Assembly: GCA_035575715.1 (NCBI GenBank)
Contig: DATLXN010000045.1
Location: 74,523-138,522 of the forward strand
Length of the DNA stretch: 64,000 bases
From: Vicinamibacterales bacterium
Lineage (GTDB): Bacteria > Acidobacteriota > Vicinamibacteria > Vicinamibacterales > UBA2999
Reading direction: 5' to 3'
This document shows, one piece after another, positions 40,050-50,159 of the stretch (positions within the stretch are counted from its first letter, which is position 1; each line of letters begins with the position of its first letter). Below the pieces are notes generated by a model. The model searched no databases, was not told the DNA's origin, and saw only the letters and a list, made by a program, of their open reading frames with translations. The translations under genes and the position numbers were made by a program.

Positions 40050-41150
40050 AATGCGTCTGGCTTTGAGCGTGGCGGTCGGGCTGAAGGTCGCGATGATCTC
40101 GAAGCGATGTTCGTTCGGGATCGGGTAATTCGTCCTGAACGCTTCGCCTTGAAACCAGCCGACTGAGAAGTCGCGCGTCAGCGCGAAGTTGCCTGACGTA
40201 TAAAAGCGTGTTCCACGCTCGTAGCGGTCGGCGTTCAAACTCATGTAGCCGGGAGCCAGGTAATTCCGATCGATGTGTGCGACGCCGCCGGTGACCGTGA
40301 GCCGCGGCCCGAGTCGCGCGTCGACCGCGACGTTAATACCCTGGCCTGGGGTGCCTGACACTCGCTGGTAGGCGTCGACCTTCAGTCCGGTCATCCACGG
40401 AATGCTGCGAGGCGTGCGCCACGTAAATCCCTGGCGCAGGATGTCGCGTCCGTCCTCATAGGTATAGTCCGCCGACACATTGACCTTGGTCCCCAGCCGT
40501 GCGCCGATCAGCACCTGACCGTAGTTGAATTGATCGAGGCGCTTGAAGCGCCTGAACACATTCGGGATGCGGTAGTCGCCGATGTACCCGGCCGTTGCGA
40601 CGACCTGCGACACCAGACCGGTTGGCCGTCGCAGCGTGACGCGCTCGCCGACGATGTAGGCATCGTTGTCGTAGCTGGTGACTTCGGTGCTTTCGCCGCG
40701 GGTTAGATAGAGGCCGCCGAATTGCACTTCGAGGTCCTTGACCGGTTCCGCCGCGACGAACAATTGTTTGACGTTGAAGTCGCGCGCGAACAAGCCCAGT
40801 CCGCCACCGCTGTTGTTCCAGCCAGCCACAAACTGGCTGCCGCCAAACGCCCCGACATTGACGCTGTAGCGCCCGGCGCGATCGAACAACAGGCGCGCGC
40901 GTAGCTGCGGCTGCCACTGGTGGGTGCTCGACGTGATCCGCCCGCTGTCGGATTCGATCCAGCGAAAGCGCGACGACAGATGCACGTGCTGAAGATCGAC
41001 CCAGCGGCGAATTGCCGGGGACGGTTCAGCAGGCGCCGGTTGAGCCGGAGGTATTGGGGACGGAGGTGTTGGGGGTGGAGGTGTTTGGGCCAGCGCGGCC
41101 CCGCCGTACAGATTGACCAACAGGAGCGAAATCAGCGCCGCACGAGTCAC
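40044..41150 (-). CDS. Outer-membrane beta-barrel (porin-like) protein
   Basis: Signal peptide, Pro-rich linker, alternating-strand pattern, terminal ...LKARRIF. Confidence 0.65.
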   Translation of the reverse strand: MTRAALISLLLVNLYGGAALAQTPPPPTPPSPIPPAQPAPAEPSPAIRRWVDLQHVHLSSRFRWIESDSGRITSSTHQWQPQLRARLLFDRAGRYSVNVGAFGGSQFVAGWNNSGGGLGLFARDFNVKQLFVAAEPVKDLEVQFGGLYLTRGESTEVTSYDNDAYIVGERVTLRRPTGLVSQVVATAGYIGDYRIPNVFRRFKRLDQFNYGQVLIGARLGTKVNVSADYTYEDGRDILRQGFTWRTPRSIPWMTGLKVDAYQRVSGTPGQGINVAVDARLGPRLTVTGGVAHIDRNYLAPGYMSLNADRYERGTRFYTSGNFALTRDFSVGWFQGEAFRTNYPIPNEHRFEIIATFSPTATLKARRIF

Positions 41151-41182
41151 CCCCTAATTGTGGTCCGGGAGAAGTTAGTGCG

Positions 41183-41211
41183 ACGTTACCATGACGTTAC
41201 ATTTGCGTTAC
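41183..41211. promoter_or_regulatory. Three direct ACGTTAC/GCGTTAC repeats phased at 11 bp in a divergent promoter region
   Basis: Copies at 41183, 41194 and 41205, followed by the palindrome GTGTACAC. Between genes 40044..41150 (-) and 41278..44424 (+). Confidence 0.3.
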
Positions 41212-41277
41212 ACCGTGTACACACGCAGCTATACTGCGACCTCTACGCCACCGAGTTGTCCCTTCACGAGGCTGTCC

Positions 41278-44200
41278 ATGAAGACTTCCATATTCCAACT
41301 CCGCCGTGTGCTCGCGAGCGCTGCGATCGCGGCTGCGGCCCTTGTCACCGCTTCGACCTTGCACCGGCCGGCTCTGGCACAGAGCGATGCCAATCAGCTG
41401 GTGCCGACACACGCGTATAAAGATCTGCGCTGGCGGAACGTCGGGGCCTCGCGTGGCGGACGTGTGACCGGGTTTGCCGGAGTCAGGCAGCAGCCCCATA
41501 CCTTCTACCAGGGCGCCACCGGCGGCGGCGTGTGGAAGACCGAAGACGCGGGCATCACCTGGTTCCCGGTCGGCGACGGCCAAATCACCACTGGCTCGAT
41601 CGGCGCCATCGATGTCGCCCCATCGAATCCCGATCATGTCTGGGTCGGGACCGGCAGCGCCGCCATTCGTTCGAACGTCATCATCGGACGCGGCGTCTTC
41701 AAATCAACCGACGGCGGTAAGAACTTTCAATTTGCCGGCCTCAAGGACTCCGGTCTGATCGGCACGCTGCGCGTGCATCCCACCAATCCCGACATCGTCT
41801 GGGTCGCCGCCTCTGGCTCCCCCTTCGGACCGACCGCGGAGCGCGGCATCTTCAAGACGACCGATGGCGGCAAGACCTGGAAGAAAACGCTCTATGTCGA
41901 CACCGAACATGGCGCGCGTGACGTCGAAGTCGACTGGCAGAACCCGAACGTGCTCTACGCGGCCACCTACAAGGGCTTCCGCAAAGGCTGGGACATCATC
42001 AGCGGCGGGCCCGCTGACAAGGGCGGCATCTGGAAATCGGTGGACGGCGGCGAGACCTGGAAGAAGGTGTCCGCGGGCCTGCCGACCAAGCTGATTGGCA
42101 AGATCGATCTCGATATCGCGCGCAGCAATCCAAACGTGCTCTACGCGATGCTCGAAGCACCAGGCGCCGAAGGCGGTCTCTACAAGTCGAGCGACGCCGG
42201 CGAATCGTGGGCCCTGGTCAACAGCAGCCAGCGCCTGCGCGCACGACCGTTCTACTTCAATTACGTCGCGGTCAACCCGAAGGACGAAAACGAAGTGTTC
42301 GTCAACGAGCTCGGGTTCCACAAATCGACCGACGGCGGCAAGTCTTTCACCGCGATCGAAACGCCGCACGGCGACAACCACGGCGTGTGGATCAACCCAG
42401 ACAATCCGCAGATCATGCTGCAGATCAATGACGGCGGCGCCAACGTGACCTTGAACAGCGGGCGCAGCTGGTCGTCGATTCTCAATCAACCGACCGCCGA
42501 GTACTACATGGTCGCGGTCGATGAGCAATACCCCTATCGCCTCTATGTGCCGCAGCAGGACAACTCGACGCTGATCGTCCCGAGCGTGCCGCCGGTGTCC
42601 TGGGGTCTCGATCATCCCGCCGAGATGTGGCAGCAGGCCTCCGGCTGTGAGACTGGACAAATTTGGCCGCGCAAAGACGGCTCGGTCATCTGGGCCGCGT
42701 GCAAAGGCGAAGTCGGCCGCTACAGCACCCTGACCGGACAGGAAAAGCATTACTGGATCTATCCGCAGAACCGCTACGGTCACGACCCGGACGAGATCAA
42801 GTATCGGTTTCCCCGTCAGACCGTGGTCTATCTCTCACCGCATGACGACAAGATCGTGTATCAGGCGTCGCACGTGCTGCATCGATCGGTCGATGACGGC
42901 GTGACCTGGGAGACGATCAGTCCCGACCTGACCGCGCGCGAGCCTGAATATCAGGTGCTGCCCGGCAACCCGATCACCCGCGACATCACCGGCGAAGAAG
43001 TCTATTCGTCGATTTATTCGATGGTCGAATCGCGTCTCGAGAAGGGCGTGATCTGGGTCGGCGCCAACGACGGCCCGGTCAGCGTGTCACGCGACAACGG
43101 CAAGACGTGGAAGAACGTGACGCCGAAGGGGCTCGGGCCCGGTGGCCGCGTGCAGACGATCGAAGATTCGCCGCACCGCAAGGGCACGGCCTACGTCGCC
43201 GTCTACCGCTATCTCCGCGAACACGATATGAAGCCGTATATCTACAAGACCGATAATTACGGCGACAGCTGGACGCTGCTCACCAGCGGTAGCAACGGCA
43301 TTCCGAGCGATCACCCGACCCGGGTGATCCGTGAAGATCCGGCGCGCGAAGGGCTCCTCTACGCCGGCACTGAGTTCGCCGCGTTCGTATCGTTCGACGC
43401 CGGACGCCACTGGCAGACGTTGCAGCAGAACCTGCCGGCGACGCCGGTGACCGACATTCGCGTTCACCGCAACGACTTGGTGATCGCGACGATGGGTCGC
43501 TCACTGTGGATCATGGACGACGTCACCCCACTGCAGCAGCTGGCGGCAACGATGAGCGGCAAGCAGATGACCGAGTGGCCGGCCGCGCACCTGTTCCAGC
43601 CGCGCGAGACCATTCGTTATCGTCACTCGTCCAGTGCCGGGGGCCCCGGGGAACCGGAGTATCCGGCGCCGGGTGTGCACATCGACCTGTGGTTCAACGC
43701 GGCACCTGCGGCAGACACGCGCCTCGAGGTGGCCGACACCAAGGGACAAGTGCTTCGCACGTTTGGCGTCGCCCGCGCCACACCGGTTGCCGGCGGCCAG
43801 GACATGCGCGGACCACGCCGCGGCGGCGGCGGCGCGTCAACAATCCGAGCGGACGCCGGGATGCAGCGCTTCAAGTGGGATATGCGATACCCCGGTCCGT
43901 GGGCGCCCAACGCGCCAAACGGCGGCGGGAACGGGCCGCTGGTCCCTCCGGGCAAATACACCGTCCGGTTGATTGCCGGCGGTCAGACGCAAACCCGCAC
44001 GTTTGATCTCACGGTCGACCCGCGCGTACCGCGCGACGGCGTCACCCAGGCGGATCTCGAGGAACAAGTGGCCTTCCAACTGAAGGTTCGCGATGCGATC
44101 AGCGACGCGCGCCGGCTGCAACAGCAGGTCGAAGAGGCGATGAAGAAAGCCGGCGTCGGCGCCGCCACTGGCGCAGTGCCCGGCACCACCCCAATGACCA

Positions 44201-44424
44201 CCAGGTTCGCGCATCCGCTGCAAGGCGTGTGGGCACGACTGGGCGACCAATCCGGGATCTATCCGCAGCCGATGCTAATCAGCCAGTTGAACAACGTCTC
44301 GCGCATGGTCAGCCAGGCCGACCAGAAAATCGGCAAGGACGCGATCGCCCGCCTCAACGACCTGGTCAAAGACCTCCAGGCGGCCCAGGCGGAGTTCCAG
44401 AAACTCGGCGGCGCGACGATGTAG
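41278..44424 (+). CDS. BNR/Asp-box repeat, sortilin/VPS10-like beta-propeller protein, secreted
   Basis: Repeated S/T-x-D-x-G-x-T/S-W/F boxes (KTEDAGITW, KSTDGGKNF, KTTDGGKTW, KSVDGGETW, KSSDAGESW, KSTDGGKSF). Signal peptide begins at ATG 41278. Confidence 0.8.
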   Translation: MKTSIFQLRRVLASAAIAAAALVTASTLHRPALAQSDANQLVPTHAYKDLRWRNVGASRGGRVTGFAGVRQQPHTFYQGATGGGVWKTEDAGITWFPVGDGQITTGSIGAIDVAPSNPDHVWVGTGSAAIRSNVIIGRGVFKSTDGGKNFQFAGLKDSGLIGTLRVHPTNPDIVWVAASGSPFGPTAERGIFKTTDGGKTWKKTLYVDTEHGARDVEVDWQNPNVLYAATYKGFRKGWDIISGGPADKGGIWKSVDGGETWKKVSAGLPTKLIGKIDLDIARSNPNVLYAMLEAPGAEGGLYKSSDAGESWALVNSSQRLRARPFYFNYVAVNPKDENEVFVNELGFHKSTDGGKSFTAIETPHGDNHGVWINPDNPQIMLQINDGGANVTLNSGRSWSSILNQPTAEYYMVAVDEQYPYRLYVPQQDNSTLIVPSVPPVSWGLDHPAEMWQQASGCETGQIWPRKDGSVIWAACKGEVGRYSTLTGQEKHYWIYPQNRYGHDPDEIKYRFPRQTVVYLSPHDDKIVYQASHVLHRSVDDGVTWETISPDLTAREPEYQVLPGNPITRDITGEEVYSSIYSMVESRLEKGVIWVGANDGPVSVSRDNGKTWKNVTPKGLGPGGRVQTIEDSPHRKGTAYVAVYRYLREHDMKPYIYKTDNYGDSWTLLTSGSNGIPSDHPTRVIREDPAREGLLYAGTEFAAFVSFDAGRHWQTLQQNLPATPVTDIRVHRNDLVIATMGRSLWIMDDVTPLQQLAATMSGKQMTEWPAAHLFQPRETIRYRHSSSAGGPGEPEYPAPGVHIDLWFNAAPAADTRLEVADTKGQVLRTFGVARATPVAGGQDMRGPRRGGGGASTIRADAGMQRFKWDMRYPGPWAPNAPNGGGNGPLVPPGKYTVRLIAGGQTQTRTFDLTVDPRVPRDGVTQADLEEQVAFQLKVRDAISDARRLQQQVEEAMKKAGVGAATGAVPGTTPMTTRFAHPLQGVWARLGDQSGIYPQPMLISQLNNVSRMVSQADQKIGKDAIARLNDLVKDLQAAQAEFQKLGGATM

Positions 44425-44431
44425 GGCCGGT

Positions 44432-44478
44432 GTCCCTGCGTCGGTGATCGGGCGACTGATATGATCCGACGCAGGGAC
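44432..44478 (+). terminator. 13-bp perfect inverted repeat GTCCCTGCGTCGG / CCGACGCAGGGAC, 21-nt loop
   Basis: Starts 8 nt after stop 44424. It contains the ORF-track ATG 44461, which argues for the downstream start 44488. No U-tract. Confidence 0.4.
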
Positions 44479-44487
44479 TCCGTATTG

Positions 44488-45867
44488 ATGGCCACTTCGA
44501 CCCCTCCAACCGACAACATCCTCGGCACGATCGGTGACACGCCGTTGGTGCGGATCAATCGCATCACGCACGGCATTGTCGCCGCCGATGTGTTTGCCAA
44601 AATCGAAACATTCAACCCGGGAAACTCGATCAAGGACCGGATGGCCTTGAAGATGATTGAGGATGCCGAGCGCAGCGGCAAGCTGAAGCCGGGCGGCACG
44701 ATCATCGAAGGCACCTCCGGCAACACCGGGATGGGCCTGGCCATGGCCGCGGTGGTCAAAGGCTACAAGTGCATCTTCACGACGACTGACAAACAGTCCA
44801 AGGAGAAGGTCGACGCACTGAAGGCGTTTGGCGCCGAAGTCATCGTCTGTCCCACCGACGTTGAACCCGAAGATCCGCGGTCGTATTACTCGGTGTCCTC
44901 GCGCCTCGAGCGCGACACGCCGAACTCGTGGAAGGCCAACCAGTACGACAACTTGTCGAACCGTCAGGCGCACTACGAGCAGACCGGACCGGAACTGTGG
45001 GAACAGACGGGCGGTCGCATCGATCACCTCGTGTCAGGCGTCGGCACCGGCGGGACGATTTGCGGTGTCGGCAGGTACTTAAAGGAACGCAAGCCGAAGA
45101 TCAAAATATGGGGGATCGACACCTACGGGTCGGTGTTCAAGAAATACAAAGAGACCGGCGTCTTCGACAAGAACGAGATCTATCCCTACATCACCGAAGG
45201 GATCGGCGAAGACTTCCTGCCCCAGAACGTCGACTTCTCGGTTATTGATGCGTTCGAAAAAGTGACCGACAAGGATGCGGCGGTGATGACCCGGCGGATC
45301 ACGCGAGAAGAAGGAATCTTTGCCGGCAATTCAGCCGGCGCCGCCCTGGCCGGCTTGCTGCAGTTAGCGCCGCACTTCACAGCCGGCCAGACCGTCGTGG
45401 TGATTTTTCACGACCATGGCACCCGATACCTTGGCAAGATGTTCAACGACGACTGGATGCGCGAGAAGGGTTTTCTGTCGCCAGAGGGTCTGACCGCGCG
45501 TGACCTGGTGGCCAACAAGAAGACGTCGCCGATGGTGACCATCGATTGCGCCGAGACGGTCGCCGAGGCCGCGCGCCTGATGACCCAGCACGGGTTCTCC
45601 CAAGTGCCGGTGACTTCAAACGGCCGCATCGTGGGATCAGTCAGCGAGACGCGGCTCTACTCAGAGATCGTCAAGAGTCCCGAAGTCAAGCGCGGTCCGG
45701 TTGAAGCGATCATGGGCGCGGCGTTTCCGTTTGCCGACGTGTCCACCAATATCGATGCCCTGGCGACGATGTTGACACCGGAAAATCCCGCCGTCCTGGT
45801 GCGCGACTTCAAGAGCGATGAGACCTACATCATCACCCGCTCAGACGTGATCCAGGCGCTCAGCTAG
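44488..45867 (+). CDS. Cystathionine beta-synthase-like PLP enzyme (CysK/CysM fold + C-terminal CBS pair)
   Basis: GDTPLVRINR, NPGNSIKDRMA (PLP Lys), GTSGNTG, GTGGTI. The C-terminal ~120 aa show a CBS-domain pattern. Confidence 0.85.
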   Translation: MATSTPPTDNILGTIGDTPLVRINRITHGIVAADVFAKIETFNPGNSIKDRMALKMIEDAERSGKLKPGGTIIEGTSGNTGMGLAMAAVVKGYKCIFTTTDKQSKEKVDALKAFGAEVIVCPTDVEPEDPRSYYSVSSRLERDTPNSWKANQYDNLSNRQAHYEQTGPELWEQTGGRIDHLVSGVGTGGTICGVGRYLKERKPKIKIWGIDTYGSVFKKYKETGVFDKNEIYPYITEGIGEDFLPQNVDFSVIDAFEKVTDKDAAVMTRRITREEGIFAGNSAGAALAGLLQLAPHFTAGQTVVVIFHDHGTRYLGKMFNDDWMREKGFLSPEGLTARDLVANKKTSPMVTIDCAETVAEAARLMTQHGFSQVPVTSNGRIVGSVSETRLYSEIVKSPEVKRGPVEAIMGAAFPFADVSTNIDALATMLTPENPAVLVRDFKSDETYIITRSDVIQALS

Positions 45868-45914
45868 ACGCCCTCGGCCGCAAGTTAACTAGACGCCCTC
45901 GGCCGCAAGTTAAG
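45865..45914. repeat. Tandem duplication, 2 x 25 bp (TAGACGCCCTCGGCCGCAAGTTAA[C/G])
   Basis: 24/25 identical. Copy 1 begins with the TAG stop of the upstream gene. Copy 2 ends 8 nt before ATG 45923. Confidence 0.9.
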
Positions 45915-45922
45915 ATGCCTTC

Positions 45923-46930
45923 ATGCGTAAGCTGATGTATCTGGTTCTCTGCCTCGCTGGTGCCGTCTCTGCGGGTGCGCAACAACCCCGGACCCATCGG
46001 CTCGAGGCGACGCCGTCGACGGTCGCGTACGGCTACTACTGGTCCGACGCCAAACCGATTTTACGTATCGCCTCAGGCGATATCCTCGACGTCGATACGC
46101 TGCTGACGTCGACGCCCGATCGGCTCGAGAAGGCGGGTGTGCCCGCTGCACAAGTGCAGGCGTCGCTGCGCGCGATTGTTGAACAGGTCACCGATCGCGG
46201 ACCTGGCGGACACATCCTGACCGGTCCGGTGTATGTCGAAGGCGCCGAGCCCGGCGACGCGCTCGAGGTACGGGTGTTGTCGATCGAGCTGCCGATCGAT
46301 TACGGCTACAACGGGTGCAGCGGCTTCATTCGTGAAAACTGCACGCCGGGCGCGGCGATGCGGATCATCCGGATGGACCGGCAGCGCATGATCGGGCACT
46401 TTGCTCCCGGCATTGAAATCCCGCTGCGGCCATTCTTCGGCAGCATGGGGGTGGCGCCGCCGCCGGCGCGTGGGCGGGTCAGCAGCAATCCGCCGGATAT
46501 TCACGCCGGCAATCTCGATAACAAGGAGCTGGTCGCCGGCACCACTCTATGGATTCCAGTCCACGTCGCTGGTGCGTTGTTCGAGATCGGCGACGGCCAC
46601 GCGGCCCAGGGCGATGGCGAAGTCGACCAAACCGCGATCGAAACCTCGCTGCGCGGGCGCGTGCAATTGACAGTGCGTAAAGGCATGACCTTGACCTGGC
46701 CGCGTGCCGAGACCGCGACGCACTACATCAGCATGGGCACCGACGTGGACCTCACCAAGGCAACACGAATTGCGATTCAGGAAATGATCGACTTCCTGGC
46801 GGCAACCAAGAAGCTCGATAAACATGCCGCCTACCAACTGACCAGCATTGCCGGCGACGTGGCGATCACACAACTGGTCGACGGCACGATGGGCGTGCAC
46901 GTCAAGATGCCGAAAGCGATCTTCAAATGA
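45923..46930 (+). CDS. Acetamidase/formamidase-family amidase, secreted
   Basis: LTGPVYVEGAEPGDALEV motif typical of the FmdA/AmdA family. Signal peptide. Confidence 0.75.
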   Translation: MRKLMYLVLCLAGAVSAGAQQPRTHRLEATPSTVAYGYYWSDAKPILRIASGDILDVDTLLTSTPDRLEKAGVPAAQVQASLRAIVEQVTDRGPGGHILTGPVYVEGAEPGDALEVRVLSIELPIDYGYNGCSGFIRENCTPGAAMRIIRMDRQRMIGHFAPGIEIPLRPFFGSMGVAPPPARGRVSSNPPDIHAGNLDNKELVAGTTLWIPVHVAGALFEIGDGHAAQGDGEVDQTAIETSLRGRVQLTVRKGMTLTWPRAETATHYISMGTDVDLTKATRIAIQEMIDFLAATKKLDKHAAYQLTSIAGDVAITQLVDGTMGVHVKMPKAIFK

Positions 46931-47298
46931 ATCGACGCGCAGTCGTCGTGATCGGGCTGATCCTTGTCGTCGGCGCAGGCCTGGCTGTCGCCTCGCAGGC
47001 CGAGCCGAAGAAGGCTTACGTCGTCGTCCAAGTCGACGTCAGCAATCCGCAGCAGTATCAGGACTACGCCAAGCTGTCGCCGCGCCTCATCGCCAAGTTC
47101 GGCGGTCGCTTTCTGGCCCGCGCCGGGCGGACCATCACGCTTGAAGGCCCACCGGCCAAATCGCGGGTCGTGGTCCTCGAATTTCCCAGCTTCGAACGCG
47201 CCGAGGCGTTCTACCACTCGCCTGAATACGTGGCCGCGCGCAAACTGCGAGAAGGCGCCGCCACCGCGCAATTGGTGTTGGTCGAAGGCATGGAATGA
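46927..47298 (+). CDS. DUF1330-like protein with N-terminal anchor
   Basis: KKAYVVVQVDVSNPQQYQDY...VVVLEFPSFERAEAFYHSPEY pattern. ATGA overlap upstream. Confidence 0.6.
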   Translation: MNRRAVVVIGLILVVGAGLAVASQAEPKKAYVVVQVDVSNPQQYQDYAKLSPRLIAKFGGRFLARAGRTITLEGPPAKSRVVVLEFPSFERAEAFYHSPEYVAARKLREGAATAQLVLVEGME

Positions 47299-48044
47299 TC
47301 GACTGGTTGCTGTCGACCGTGTGGTACGGCAGCGTCCTCGCCATTCTAATCAGCTCGTTCGCACTGGTGAAGCCGCGACGATGGCTCCGCCTGCCTTCGC
47401 GGATGCGTGCCGCGACGGTCCTGACCATTGCGATTGCCTTATTGGTTGGCAACGCTTTGAACAGCCCGCGCAAGAAGGGAGTCCACCTCGTCGAGACAAA
47501 GATGGACGCCTCGCTGCCCGATTACCACTTTCGCGAATTCCACAGCCGCACGATCGACGCACCGCCGTGGAAAGTGATGGCGGCGGTCAAGGCCGTCACT
47601 GCCGAGGAGATTGCGCTGTTTGAGCTGTTCACGTCGATCCGGCGGTTCGGGCAGCCGGGGCCCGAAGGCATCCTTAACGCGCCTGCCGAGCAGCCGATTC
47701 TGGAGGTCGCCACGAAAAGCGGATTCTTATTACTTGCCGACGAGGCACAGGAAGTGGTGATTGGGTCGCTAGTAGCACGGCCGCCCGGATTCCGGCCGAA
47801 TCGGCGCATCGACGCGACCTGGTTCAATGAGCTGGATCAACCGGGCGTCGTCAAAGCGACGATGAACTTTATCGTCGAGGGCGTGGACGCGAATGCAACG
47901 CGATTGACCACCGAGACGCGCGTGTTCGCCACCGACGATGAGGCATTGCGGCGGTTCACACCCTACTGGCGAACGATATTTCCTGGCAGCTGGATTCTCC
48001 GTGTCACGTGGCTTAACGCGATTGCGGCTCGCGCCGAGCAGTAG
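47295..48044 (+). CDS. Membrane-anchored hypothetical protein
   Basis: Two N-terminal TM helices, then a soluble domain with no motif I can name. 4-nt overlap upstream. Confidence 0.5.
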   Translation: MIDWLLSTVWYGSVLAILISSFALVKPRRWLRLPSRMRAATVLTIAIALLVGNALNSPRKKGVHLVETKMDASLPDYHFREFHSRTIDAPPWKVMAAVKAVTAEEIALFELFTSIRRFGQPGPEGILNAPAEQPILEVATKSGFLLLADEAQEVVIGSLVARPPGFRPNRRIDATWFNELDQPGVVKATMNFIVEGVDANATRLTTETRVFATDDEALRRFTPYWRTIFPGSWILRVTWLNAIAARAEQ

Positions 48045-48053
48045 GGATTTCCG

Positions 48054-49139
48054 GTGCGCATGAGCGCGGTCGTTCTCGCCGGCCTCCTGCTGCTGATCGC
48101 GCGCCCAGGCGCAGCGCATCCGGCACCGGTCAGTTATCTGGACTTGTTGCTGTCCGCATCGGGCGCCGACGGCTCGTTGGTTCTGCACGACCTCGATGTC
48201 GTGCACGACCTGGGCATCTCGCCGCCCGAATCGATCCAGGATCCTGCGGTGGCCCAACGGCACCGCGACCAGCTGACCCGCCTGATTGATACGCGACTGG
48301 AGATCCTGCTTGGCGGCGAGTCGGCCACCCTGCAGTGGCGCGGGATTGAAACCTTACCGGATCGACAAAGCGTCCGACTCACCTTCCGCCTTGCCGACGC
48401 GCGGCCGGCGGCGTTGCGGCTGACCGCGCGGCTTTTTCCCTACGACCCGACCCATCAAACATTCGTCAACATCTACGAAGACGGCGACCTTCGTCACCAG
48501 GCGATCCTCAGTGACCAGCGTCGGTCGATGGACTATTACGCCGGCTCGTGGCAAGGCAAGACGGCGGTGCTTGCGGTGTTCATTCCGGCAGGGATCGAGC
48601 ACATCGTCGGCGGCCTCGATCACGTGTTGTTCCTGATTGGCCTGATGTTACTGGGCGGTCGGCTGTCGCAGTTAGCGACGATCGTGACCGCATTTACCAT
48701 CGGGCACAGCATTACGTTGTCGCTGGCGGCGCTCGATGTGCTCTCGCCCCCAGCCAGCATCATTGAGCCGGCGATTGCCCTCAGCATCATCTTCGTCGGC
48801 GCCGACAACCTGCTGGTGTATCGCGACAAGGCACAACGGCCGCGCGACATTCGGCCGATCGTCGCTGGAGTGTTTGGGCTGGTCCACGGCTTCGGCTTCG
48901 CAACCGTGCTCAAAGAGTTCGGCTTACCAGCTGCGGCGCTCGGTTGGTCCCTGCTGTCTTTTAACGTTGGCGTCGAGATCGGCCAATTGGCGATCGTACT
49001 CGCCGCAGCCTGGGCACTGGCCCGACTGCGTGCCCGCAACGAGCGGTTGGGCCGGCAGATGGTTGTGGCCGGGTCAGTGATCGTGATGGTTGCCGGTGCG
49101 TATTGGTTCGGGCAACGGGTGTTTTTTCCACCGGGATAA
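48054..49139 (+). CDS. HupE/UreJ-family membrane protein with N-terminal periplasmic domain
   Basis: GIEHIVGGLDHVLFLIGLML motif and about 6 C-terminal TM helices. Confidence 0.7.
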   Translation: MRMSAVVLAGLLLLIARPGAAHPAPVSYLDLLLSASGADGSLVLHDLDVVHDLGISPPESIQDPAVAQRHRDQLTRLIDTRLEILLGGESATLQWRGIETLPDRQSVRLTFRLADARPAALRLTARLFPYDPTHQTFVNIYEDGDLRHQAILSDQRRSMDYYAGSWQGKTAVLAVFIPAGIEHIVGGLDHVLFLIGLMLLGGRLSQLATIVTAFTIGHSITLSLAALDVLSPPASIIEPAIALSIIFVGADNLLVYRDKAQRPRDIRPIVAGVFGLVHGFGFATVLKEFGLPAAALGWSLLSFNVGVEIGQLAIVLAAAWALARLRARNERLGRQMVVAGSVIVMVAGAYWFGQRVFFPPG

Positions 49140-49178
49140 CACAGAGAGGCCAGATACCATTTGGATGACGTGCATCTG

Positions 49179-49197
49179 CGGTATCTGCGAGATACCG
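49179..49197 (+). terminator. Hairpin CGGTATCT-GCG-AGATACCG followed by TTGGGTTTG
   Basis: Perfect 8-bp stem between convergent genes (stops 49139 and 49228). Confidence 0.4.
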
Positions 49198-49227
49198 TTG
49201 GGTTTGATCCGTGTCGATCTGCGGACG

Positions 49228-50151
49228 TTACGACGGTGACGCCGGCGCAGCGAGCGGTTTGAGCACCGCGGCGATGAACTGATGAATCGGGGTCGCAACG
49301 CCGACCTCGCGCCCCAGGCGGACCACGGCGCCGCTCAGCCACGGCAGTTCCAGTCTGCGGCGTCGTTCGAGATCCTCGAGCATCGACGCCTTCGCCTGAT
49401 AAGGGAGACTGTGGACCATCTGCAGGATCTCCTCCATCAAGCCGGGCGGGAGTGGCACGCCGCGCGCCCGACCCACCGCAATCGTCTCTTCACAGGCGGC
49501 CTGCAGCATCGCGAACAACTCCGGGTCGCCGCGCAGCACGCCGATCGGCGACCGCGTCACCGCCGTCATGCCACTGAATACCGACAGCCGCGCGAATTTT
49601 GACCACAAGTCCAGCTCGATCTGGTCGCTGACCCGCGCGCCAAAGCCCGCGCCAAGGCAGGCTGCTTCGAGCGCCGCGAGGCGTTCGGAGCGTCGGCCAT
49701 CGAGCTCGCCAAAAATCAGCGCATCGAGCGATGTGTGACGGATGAGGCCGGGCTCGGCGATCACGGCGGCCACATACGCGACCCCGCCAACCACCTGTTC
49801 GCGACCGACATGCGCGGCCACAATGTCGACCGCCTCGACGCCGTTTTGCAGCGTGATCACTGCGGTCTCAGCGCCGATCAAGGATGCTGCTGCGATCGCG
49901 GCGGCTTCGAGGTCATACATCTTGACGGTGAGAAACACGACATCGACCGGGCCGATCTGCGCCGGATCGTCGGTCGCCTGGACCGACGGTAAATGCAGAT
50001 CGCCCTTGGGGCTCTGCAGCCGCAGACCGTTGTGCTGGAGCGCAGCGAGGTGCGAGCCGCGCGCGACAAAGGAGACGGCCGACCCCGCGGCCTGCAGACG
50101 CGCGCCAAAGTATCCGCCAACCCCGCCGGCGCCGATCATGGCGATTTTCAC
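49228..50151 (-). CDS. panE: 2-dehydropantoate 2-reductase
   Basis: MKIAMIGAGGVGGYFGARL Rossmann N-terminus. ApbA/PanE length and C-terminal helical domain. Confidence 0.8.
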   Translation of the reverse strand: MKIAMIGAGGVGGYFGARLQAAGSAVSFVARGSHLAALQHNGLRLQSPKGDLHLPSVQATDDPAQIGPVDVVFLTVKMYDLEAAAIAAASLIGAETAVITLQNGVEAVDIVAAHVGREQVVGGVAYVAAVIAEPGLIRHTSLDALIFGELDGRRSERLAALEAACLGAGFGARVSDQIELDLWSKFARLSVFSGMTAVTRSPIGVLRGDPELFAMLQAACEETIAVGRARGVPLPPGLMEEILQMVHSLPYQAKASMLEDLERRRRLELPWLSGAVVRLGREVGVATPIHQFIAAVLKPLAAPASPS

Positions 50152-50159
50152 AACACAGA

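Noticed and set aside
41704-42783. 359-aa ORF antisense to the BNR/sortilin-like gene
   Set aside because: No motifs. The sense strand shows repeated Asp-boxes.
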